DNA of 64,000 nt from Nemertoderma westbladi (Eukaryota > Animalia > Xenacoelomorpha), in the NCBI GenBank assembly GCA_032718475.1, contig JAUCBJ010000938.1, forward strand, positions 1 through 64,000. Reading direction: 5' to 3'. Of this stretch, positions 1 to 8,324 are shown in pieces. Position numbers and translations under genes: made by a program. Below the pieces are notes generated by a model. The model did no database searches and had not been told where the DNA came from. It worked only from the letters and a program-made list of their open reading frames with translations. Within the stretch, counting starts at the first letter, position 1. Each line of letters starts with the position of its first letter.

Positions 1-860
1 AAACCAGATTGGACCTCCTTGGAAGACCATCCAACACCCATCACCCAACGCAATCTATCCCACTCAGTTGACATCTCCTCCTACGAACGGCTCCTGTCCT
101 CTGCCCCCGACAACAGATCCCGAGCCCTTGTACAATCCACTTCTCTTGGCCATGCTGGTGACTGGTTACATGCCATTCCTTCTGAGTCCCTTGGTCTACA
201 TTTCCTGGACGCTGAGCACAGACTCTCCTTGTGTTACTGGTTAGGCGTCCGATTATCCTCTAGCTCGGCTCTCTCTGCCTCTTGCTCCCTCCCTGCTGAC
301 CCATTTGGGGACCATCACGTTGGCTGTGGTGGGGACTCAGACAGGATCGCTCGCCACGACTCCCTCCGGGATGCCATTTTCCAAGCTGCACAATCTGCTG
401 CTCTGGCGCCCCGGAAAGAAGTCCCTGGGTTGATTCCTGGCTCCAGCAGCAGACCGGCAGATATCTTCCTCCCCAACTGGAGACGGGGACAGCCCATGGC
501 CCTGGACGTAACGGTGATCTCACCGCTTCAATCTAGAACCATTAACTGCGCTGCGTCCACCCCAGGCTATGCCCTTACCGTTGCACGTGAACGTAAGCTA
601 GCCGCCCACCTCAATGAGTGCCGATCCTCAGGCGTGGGCTTCACCCCCTTGGCTCTTGAGGCTCTTGGGGGCTGGGACTCCCACTCCACCTCAATCATCT
701 CCTAGATTGGGCGTCTGCAGAGTCTCCGTCGCAGTATCCCTGCCAAAGAAGCCGTCAGGCATCTATTCCAGCGCCTGTCAGTGTGTCTGTGGCGAGGAAA
801 CGCCGCATGTGGCTCCGTAGAGGCTCAAGCCTCCCTCCCTGGGTAGATGGCATCATGTAA
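1..860 (+). mobile_element. 3' end of ORF of a CRE-clade (R2 supergroup, RLE endonuclease) non-LTR retrotransposon, inactivated; truncated by the window edge
   Basis: Frame 1 is open from base 1 (KPDWTSLEDHP...). It contains AGDWLHAIPSESLGLH, a zinc-knuckle remnant (SASC...DPFGDHHVGC), RIARHD, the RLE core RPADIFLPNW...ALDVTVISPLQ...RERKL and FTPLALEALGGW. After the TAG at 703-705 the frame continues as IGRLQ...VRHLFQRLSVCLWRGNAA, then shifts frame to MWLRRGSSLPPWVDGIM* (807-860). These match the typical C-terminus of CRE-like elements, recognised from motif memory and not from a database search. Confidence 0.85.
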
Positions 861-1045
861 TCGTTTTCTTCCCCCAGTATTTATATTGGGTTACCTTGAG
901 AAACACCACCAGTATCGCTTCGCATCTTCCACACCTGATCTCCGACGAACATCATCGTATAATCAACCGATCCGCTATAAACATTGGTAGGCGCTTGGGA
1001 TACTGCGTCTGGGGGGAAGGACGGTTGGTGACAATCCCACCCCAA
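861..1045 (+). other. Probable 3' UTR of the CRE-like element with predicted nested stems
   Basis: GC content stays element-like until about 1070, then drops abruptly. 862-877 (CGTTTTCTTCCCCCAG) can pair with 1009-1023 (CTGGGGGGAAGGACG) using G-U pairs and one bulge. 910-916 CAGTATC pairs with 999-1005 GATACTG. Confidence 0.4.
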
Positions 1046-1501
1046 AGTCGCAGCTGCGTGGAGAACTATCACAAATCAAATAACTCGCTACATGATATTT
1101 AATTAATATTATTGATATTTATAATTTATGTTCATATTAAAACGTTACAGTTATAGTTAAAAAAAAAAGAACATTAACCAATACCATAGTATTTATTAAA
1201 TAGAATAAATGCCCTAATTAAAATTATTACTGTATTTTAATGTTGATCTTAAAAATATAATAGATAAGAAATATTCCATTAAAATGGCATTGCTAATAAT
1301 TATGAAACAGACTGGATGTCATATGGAATGAGATAAAATATATGCGTATTAAATTTAAATTTATATGAAATTTAGATGTTAGCTCTTCTTTGATTGATTG
1401 GCCCCTTAATTTCTTAAATACCCTTTTTGTGATAGAATCTCTCAATTTTAATATGTGTTTCATAATATAATGATCAATTAACTTTGGTATACTGTGCGAT
1501 A

Positions 1502-1779
1502 GGCCCATGTGAAGAATACCAGACTTTCTGCCGTTACATTTCACTTTGCAGTTACCCCCATGTGAAGAATACCAGGTTTTCACCAAAAACACAGGTTACA
1601 GAAGGGCTGAATCTAACCAAAACAATAAACGAATTAGTATATGTACAGGTTATAAGACAGAAATAAACGCTATAAAACACTTAATAAAGATAAATTAAAA
1701 AAAATAAAAAATCTTCATATATAAAATTCCAATAAAAAGTCGACCAAAAAGTGAAATCCTGGTATTCTTCGCATGGGCG
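1502..1779. mobile_element. Non-autonomous DNA transposon (MITE), Merlin-like, with an 8-bp TSD
   Basis: Left end GGCCCATGTGAAGAATACCAG (1502-1522). Right end GTGAAATCCTGGTATTCTTCGCATGGGCG (1751-1779) is its reverse complement. An internal direct copy of the TIR lies at 1557-1583. GTGCGATA is present on both sides (1494-1501 and 1780-1787). Confidence 0.8.
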
Positions 1780-2712
1780 GTGCGATACGAGGAATTAAAA
1801 CTTCGTATAATCTCTGAAGCAATCCTTATACATCATCAACGAAGGTTTCCAGTTGTTAGGGATTTGGTTTATAAAATATTCTACAAATTTATTGAAATTT
1901 CGGAAAATATAGCCACGTGTTTTATAGTCTATCTGTAGATATAATTACACCCAAGGACTAATCTGCTACTCGTCGTATAAGGCCTACTGTACAGTGTAGT
2001 CCTTGTCACCTCCCCATCCCAGTCAGATATTAGATGCAGCCAGCTAGCTAGCAGTGCAAGCCAGGCAGGAACAATCATACAGCATAACGTGTAGAGGATA
2101 GTTTAAATGAATAGCGTGTCAATGAGCCTCACAGTGGCCGGTCATACTGTATATTGCTCTATAGATTCTATGGAGAGTAGGCCTACCCGTTCAGCGCTGT
2201 GGATATACGATTTTGATTCTTAAATTGTTACTTTTGCGATCGCATGTACCCCAAAATTGGGAGAAAAAGAGAGTCATTTTTCCCTAGGGACAAAAGTAAC
2301 CCATTGGATTGCGTTGATTTTACTTTTTTCGAGTCGAAAAAGTGAATTAAAATATTTTTGTTGGTATTTCTTAAATTTTATTACATGTGTTGTAAAAGTA
2401 TCGAAGTAGAAAAGGTTTGTAAGTAATTTGAGCAAAACCCATAATCCATTCCATTCACACACTCAAAAGTTATTGCAAGATTAGTGTCTGCAAGGCGTAC
2501 TCTCAATATCCAAAATTGGTTTATGAAGTTAAGCGGCTCTCTAGTTACATGTACGTAACACGTTCGTGGGGACTTCGCGCAGCACGAGGCCTAGTTATTA
2601 TATACAAATTAAAATGCAGCGACTGTATCACAAAATCAGGTTTTGAGAAATTTACCCACACCACCAATCAATCAAAGAAAGGTGGACAGTACGTGTTCAC
2701 CCCTTTTAATCT

Positions 2713-2732
2713 CCCCCCCCCCCCCCCCCCCC
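2713..2732. repeat. Poly-C tract (20 nt); G-quadruplex-capable on the minus strand
   Basis: Uninterrupted C run seen directly. Confidence 0.85.
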
Positions 2733-2823
2733 ACCCTTCCCAACCACCAATACATAACCGCGACATCTACCACCCACGGAAGGGTAGCACGAACTTATTT
2801 CCAATCGCACGTTAAATATGCAA

Positions 2824-3105
2824 AGCCAGGTGGTTTATAGGAATATAATAAACGCAGTACTCGTTTTCATTATAAGCCTCTTTGCGTTCGTCCTGTTTTG
2901 TATTTAAATATATTTCTTAAACGCAAGCTAGGACGATCTTTATAATAATAATAACTAGGGATGCGATCAATATGTGAAGCCAGGTGGTTTATATAATAAT
3001 TTAGTCAACGCAGTACTCGTCTTCATTATATGCCTCGTTGCGCTCGTCGCTTGTCCTGTTTTGTCATAAAATATTTTTCATAAACGCAGACTGACGATCT
3101 TTATA
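2824..3105. repeat. Diverged tandem duplication, two copies with a period of about 153 bp
   Basis: AAGCCAGGTGGTTTATA...AACGCAGTACTCGT.TTCATTATA.GCCTC.TTGCG.TCGTC...CTGTTTTGT...TAAACGCA...GACGATCTTTATA occurs at 2824-2944 and again at 2977-3104. Confidence 0.85.
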
Positions 3106-3159
3106 CAGTTATAACTATGCGAAGTTTCGAAACTGTGCGAGTAACTGTTGATACATCTA

Positions 3160-3193
3160 TGTGGAGATGTGTGATATGTGGAGATGTGTGATA
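3160..3193. repeat. Perfect 17-bp tandem duplication
   Basis: TGTGGAGATGTGTGATA x2. Confidence 0.85.
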
Positions 3194-3929
3194 CAACGCC
3201 AACGCATCTTATGCCGATGTAGTAATATGGGTATTGAAATAATATTAAATCAATGTACACTCTTAAAGCTGCAGCGAAAAAATGTAGCTAATTTCCTAGG
3301 TTACATATAAAATAATAATATTATTTTTAAGAACATTAATTTTACTACTTTGCAAAAATTCAATTAAAAAATAACCAGACATATACATTGTGGAATAAAC
3401 TATTTCAGAAGCCTACAACAGCCATGCCATGGATTGTATTTATGTTATTATATCTGTCATTTAACTGAGATAGCAATAGTAGTAATAGTCGAACGGTTAT
3501 GCGGCCCGTCCAGCCTATAATAAACACAATTCAGTGATTGGGCTGGAATAGCAATACTGGTTGCCTCTATTACAATTCCTCTCAGGTTAGTCTACAGCCA
3601 CAACTCCCAGCAGCTAGCTCCACACCAGCAGAGACTTGACCAATAATGGGAAGGATTAAATTTGTACTCAATAATTGTGCGGTTTAATTACGTTTAGATC
3701 AATTAAAGACACATTTATTAAAGCAAATCACTTAAACTAATTAAAAACTATAATAGAATGGCGTATGGGGATTATATCTGTATAATTTTTAAGTATAATT
3801 ATTTAAATCTTATACTGTAAAACAATTAATTTCCTTTAAAAGGCAGGTTGAAAATGGCGTTTTCACCGCAATCAACTTAATTAACTAATTAAATGCTATT
3901 ATCTTAGCTTCTCGAAGGCCACACGGAAA

Positions 3930-4112
3930 TTCTACTTGGAAAATTTCTAAACTTTTGCCAAACAACATGTGTACCAAGTTTGGATAGATTTCATCAAAGA
4001 TTGGCCGAGTTATTAACGTTTAAAATTGAACACGACAGAACGACAGAACGACAGGTTGATTAATGGTACCACTACGCTAAGGCTCACTCACTTCGTGGCT
4101 CGCCCCACAGTA
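3930..4112 (+). mobile_element. Possible 3' part of a non-autonomous Helentron (DINE-1/HINE-like) element
   Basis: Three parts occur in order: ATGTGTACCAAGTTTGG...ATT GGCCGAGTTAT, a short (CGACAGAA)n microsatellite at about 4033-4054, and a GC-rich end GGCTCACTCACTTCGTGGCTCGCC. This order resembles HINE architecture. The resemblance is from memory only. Confidence 0.35.
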
Positions 4113-4986
4113 ATAAATATTCGAGATCGAGAACACTGGATTATTTAACATTGAGTAAGGTAGCATCAGGCCTACAATCGGCATACAATAATATGAATCG
4201 CAGTAACTATTGAAGCAATTTAGTGAAATACTGCAGTTCAAATTATTTTGTAACACTATATCGCTATATGTTTATTAAAGTATTAAGCATAAAAAAAGTA
4301 CCAATTTAAGAAAAAAATTTCGTATTACATAGGCCCTTTATTAACCTCAATTGCGCTCGGCAAATAAAATGCCTCCAGAATAGTGAAAAAAAGTTCTACA
4401 TTTTTTTGCCGTGTTTGTGTAATAAATAATCAAAGAGCTAATAATGTTTATAAATTAATAACAGACTTTGTAGCACCAATAACTTGAACTAATTAAAAAC
4501 TATGATAGCTGAGATGATAGAGATTCCAGCTATGTTTTTTTTAATAATTTAATTTCTTTTATATCAGTAAATATTTAATTTCATAAAGAAGTACTGTAAC
4601 TGTAAAGACGCTGTTGTTAACTTGATGACAAATCATTCGTAAAATATCAGCATGAGATTAGTACTTTCACTGATTTTGGTCATATTTACTTTGTAACACT
4701 TAATAATAATAAATCAAAAAAATATAATTAATAGCTATTTACATATAAGTTTATTGAGTTATCGAATGTTGTGATCATTTCCTGTATACAGTAGGACACT
4801 CCAGATTGGTGTGATGTAGGCCTATGCTGTATCCGGGTTAGATTTGGATTTCGACTTTTTCCTGCATTTTATTAAGTTCACAAAGACGGATCTGACTAAA
4901 TCGTCTCTACAGTACTCTAACCATTGTTACACGTGCGATAGGCCAATTGTTTCGTCGAGAGCCTTTGTCTTTTTATAGAACAATGT

Positions 4987-5041
4987 CTCCAGCTCTCGAG
5001 GAACATTTTTGGTATAGCCATTTGTTCCTACGGAGCTGGAG
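4987..5041. repeat. Inverted repeat / hairpin with 19-bp arms
   Basis: CTCCAGCTCTCGAGGAACA (4987-5005) versus TGTTCCTACGGAGCTGGAG (5023-5041; reverse complement CTCCAGCTCCGTAGGAACA). Partial extra arm copies lie at about 5071-5085 and 5098-5110. Confidence 0.7.
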
Positions 5042-5846
5042 TCCTTAAGTTGGAGTTGGATCATAAAGTCAAAAAATGTTCCTAAAGTTTGTAGCCTTTC
5101 CTAACGGAGCGCTGATGATCCGTCTCCATCCCCTGTCTGTCTCTAGGGGGCGAAATACCTCAATTTGTAAACCTTTCTTCGCCCATTTCGCTTTTATATT
5201 CCATACAAGCTGACTGAGATTTGACATAATGTATTACGTATTAGACCAAATGACGCGTTTTTGAAATGGCGCTGATCCATCTGCAGTTCTTCAGTCTACC
5301 GCTAGAGGGTCTGAAAGTGAAAAACCTTCTCCCATTACGTTATTTATAATCCTACCGATCAATCCCTGTATGATACTTTCTAGACCTTTACGCACAGTCT
5401 TTGTGGGAGGGCTTAGCTCGCTTGCAGTTACACAGCGTGCCGCTATACAATACTGTAGGACAAAATAACATTCACATCTTGTTTATAATTCTTTCGAGTC
5501 AATGTCATCTAAATAAGTTATTTAGAGTTGATAGGCCCTACTTAACTGAAATATATCTCACATGTTGCCCCTTTTCGTGTTTGTGTTATTGCACTCTTAC
5601 TGTACGTAATTTGACCTCCTCCTCTACTTGCTATGTCTCTATTCCTGTAGGCCTATGAGCATCAAAAAACATACAGTACCTCTTTAGTTAATAATACAGC
5701 CAGGTATGAGAATGAAAGCTGTCATACATCATCTCTGTATAAAATCCTATTCTACAGTATAGTCTTCTGTGATCTAGTCATTTCAAGGGACATAATTATT
5801 ATTACCTTTACCTATCAGCCTATAGTCAATGGAACCGCATTTAAAT

Positions 5847-6007
5847 AAGGAAGATTAAGGCCAACGAAAAATTATTAAGTTTAAACATATTAGACGTAGT
5901 TTAATTGTCAATAACTATTAATTATATTTTATAGTTATTGACAATTATTAAACTACGTACCGGTATGTTTAAACTGAAGATTTTTTCGCTGGCCTTTAAT
6001 CTTCCTT
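5847..6007. mobile_element. Foldback (near-palindromic) MITE-like element just upstream of the anoctamin gene
   Basis: AAGGAAGATTAAGGCCAACGAAAAAT..AGTTTAAACATA..ACGTAGTTTAATTGTCAATAACTAT is mirrored by ATAGTTATTGACAATTATTAAACTACGT..TATGTTTAAACT..ATTTTTTCGCTGGCCTTTAATCTTCCTT, leaving a loop of about 12 nt. Confidence 0.75.
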
Positions 6008-6107
6008 TAGATCAGAATCATCCTATAGTCAGATAGGCCTAGTACTGTTACTGTAGGTAGTAGGACTACCACCAAACTTATTCGTGTTATTGCGATAAAC
6101 CAGTAAA

Positions 6108-8165
6108 ATGGACCCCCTAATACGTGATGAGGTGTATATGTTAACGGACGATAAAGAGAGTAAATCTGCTATTATAGTCGTCTTTCCAAAAAACGTTCAC
6201 GTTAAATTCATCGAGTATTTTACTCAAAAACTTAAAGATGGTAACCTTCTGATAACCTATAGGAAGTGTGTCAAAGGATCTCAAATAGTTCAAGTTAAGA
6301 CAACCAAGTCATCCTTACTAAAAGCCGCAACGCAAAATGGATTAGTAAAGACAAACCTCAGTGGGGAACTCGAGCAATTAACTGTGGGTAACTTTAATAA
6401 CTTTCCGGATTGCGCATCAGATAAATTCTTCAGTCACAGCGAAGATGCCTTCTTGCTGCACACCTTACTCACGGACATAAAAACTGACGATATATTTAAC
6501 GATTTCATCCCGAAATCGCGTCACAAAGTCAACCCCGATGACGAATTGGTGTCTTCGTGTTTACGAATGAATCTGTTGCACGAAACATTCCTTGAACACA
6601 ATGAAACGGCAACAACAATTTGGAATAAATTTGTATTCGCTTTACCTTTTAACAAAGATCTCGCGACTAATGTCAACGATTATTACGGCTCCCAAATTGC
6701 GCTGTATTTCGACTGGATGCGTCACTTTACCGTCTGGCTAATCCTCCCTGGACTCCTGGGATTCTGTATCTGGTTGCACAACTACCTCGACGACCATGTC
6801 TCCATGGACAACTCCATGCTCGCGCCGTTCTTCACCATCTTCATGATCTTTTGGGGCGTGTTCTTCATCAAGTATTGGTCCCGACGTCGCAACGTAGTTA
6901 CCTGCCGTTGGGGGGTGCTGGATCGCAATGATTCCGATTCGGACATCCGTGTCCGGGTTCGTCCGGAGTTCCGGGGAGCCCTCCGAATGAGTCCCGTAAC
7001 CGGACGCGCCGAGCGCTACTTCCCGTGGACACGCAGACTCGCACGGTACATTGTCAGCGGACTCGCTACCGGCGTTATGCTCCTTCTCGCTTTCACCGTT
7101 ATGGTTCTCTCTCTCAACCTCCAAGGCTACATCCACAGTGGCTCAGTCGGAGCGGCATTCATCCACTTCCACACCCTTCATCGATTCTCCCATCGCGGGG
7201 CGCTATTTGACCCCCACGGAGAAGGCCCTTTGCCCTACCTACTCCCCTACATCCCAACCATACTCCACTCATGTACCATCATACTCCTTAACACCATCTA
7301 CAAAAGCATCGCCCTCAAACTCACCAACATGGAGAACCATAAAACCCAATCTAGTTTCGACAATTCCCTTATCATTAAACGCTTCTTATTCGAGGCTTTC
7401 GACTGCTACATCGCTCTTTTCTACTTGGCTTTCCTTCAACTCGACATCGTCCTACTCAGACTCGAACTAATCAACCTGTTTATGGTCGACTCCATAAGAA
7501 GATTAACAACCGAATCTTTAATTCCGCTTTTTAAAAACATATTTTCAGATAAAGTTGAAAGTCGAAAGAATGCAAAATCCAAAAAGGATGATACTGAAGT
7601 TCCTGATGACGTCATCATACGGAATCAACTCCGACTAGAGGAGTACGAACAATTCGATGACTTTCTCGAAATGGTTATCGAGTTTGGATACATAAGTTTA
7701 TTTGCTTCCGCTTTCCCTTTGGCTTCGGCCCTCAGCGTTCTGTGTAACCTCGTGGAAATCAAATCGGATCTGTTTAAGTTGACGTTCGTTGCCAGGAGAC
7801 CGTTCGTGAGTCGGGTCTCCCAGCTGGCCACCTGGGAGTCTATTATTTCCTACATGGTGTGGACCTCGATGCTGACTAACGTGTTCATCTTCGGGTTCAC
7901 CACCGAACAGATGGCCCAACTCGCACCGGACGGAGTCTTCCGAATCGATTACAATGTGGAGCATCTGGGGGACTCGATGGACCACGTCCACGCCGCCACA
8001 GCTGGTTGGGGGCGCTGGCTAGTCGGGGCCGTATTCCTTATAGAGCATTGCTTCATTCTAGTCGCCAAGGTGATACTCGCAGCCATACCGGACCAGCCTG
8101 GGTGGGTGACTGACCAATTGGATAGAAGGGAGTACAAATACAGAACAGCTGTTGACAGAGATTAA
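6108..8165 (+). CDS. ANO10: Anoctamin / TMEM16 family protein (Ca2+-activated scramblase/channel), ANO10/ANO8-like, single exon, 685 aa
   Basis: Uninterrupted ORF with family motifs DYYGSQIALYFDW, W.RR...RWG, RPEFRG..SPVTG..E.YFP, LTNMENHKT...NSLIIK, LFYLAF, DDFLEMVIEFGYISLFASAFPLA, NLVEIKSDLFKL...RRP and IPDQPGWV, plus about 10 hydrophobic segments. Family assignment is firm. The ANO10 label indicates the closest human-type subfamily, and orthology is not demonstrated. Confidence 0.92.
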   Translation: MDPLIRDEVYMLTDDKESKSAIIVVFPKNVHVKFIEYFTQKLKDGNLLITYRKCVKGSQIVQVKTTKSSLLKAATQNGLVKTNLSGELEQLTVGNFNNFPDCASDKFFSHSEDAFLLHTLLTDIKTDDIFNDFIPKSRHKVNPDDELVSSCLRMNLLHETFLEHNETATTIWNKFVFALPFNKDLATNVNDYYGSQIALYFDWMRHFTVWLILPGLLGFCIWLHNYLDDHVSMDNSMLAPFFTIFMIFWGVFFIKYWSRRRNVVTCRWGVLDRNDSDSDIRVRVRPEFRGALRMSPVTGRAERYFPWTRRLARYIVSGLATGVMLLLAFTVMVLSLNLQGYIHSGSVGAAFIHFHTLHRFSHRGALFDPHGEGPLPYLLPYIPTILHSCTIILLNTIYKSIALKLTNMENHKTQSSFDNSLIIKRFLFEAFDCYIALFYLAFLQLDIVLLRLELINLFMVDSIRRLTTESLIPLFKNIFSDKVESRKNAKSKKDDTEVPDDVIIRNQLRLEEYEQFDDFLEMVIEFGYISLFASAFPLASALSVLCNLVEIKSDLFKLTFVARRPFVSRVSQLATWESIISYMVWTSMLTNVFIFGFTTEQMAQLAPDGVFRIDYNVEHLGDSMDHVHAATAGWGRWLVGAVFLIEHCFILVAKVILAAIPDQPGWVTDQLDRREYKYRTAVDRD

Positions 8166-8324
8166 TTATTGAATTGAATTATCTCGTCTAATATTATTAT
8201 TATATTACTCTTTTGGTTGTATTCGCGCGTTCTATTGGGCATTGCGGTGCTGAAGATTTTTTAAATTAGTTTTAATATATTGTTGTATGCCAATTAAGTT
8301 AAATAGAATGCAATCCGTCGTTCT

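Noticed and set aside
19-705. Stand-alone 228-aa gene
   Set aside because: It starts at TTG, the frame is open from base 1, and homology continues past the stop. It is a fragment of the retrotransposon ORF.
895-960. Hammerhead or HDV ribozyme near the retrotransposon (GAAAC...CTGAT)
   Set aside because: The CUGANGA core is not present (CTGATCT), the required flanking helices were not found, and retroelement ribozymes are normally at the 5' end.
1293-1666. Short ORFs of 99 and 60 aa
   Set aside because: They span the MITE boundary in AT-rich DNA. Removing the MITE in silico did not restore a convincing longer frame.
2560-2596. Helitron 3' end (TCGTG...CACGA hairpin then CTAG|T)
   Set aside because: The stem is only 5 bp and too close to CTAG, and no 5' TC end could be identified. 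This is too weak to call.
2274-5658. Scattered 60-99 aa ORFs, including a poly-Pro one
   Set aside because: No recognisable motifs were found, and the poly-Pro derives from the C20 tract. Small spliced exons cannot be excluded by eye.
6738-8137. Overlapping antisense and alternative-frame ORFs inside the anoctamin
   Set aside because: They are expected shadows of GC-rich coding sequence and have no independent support.
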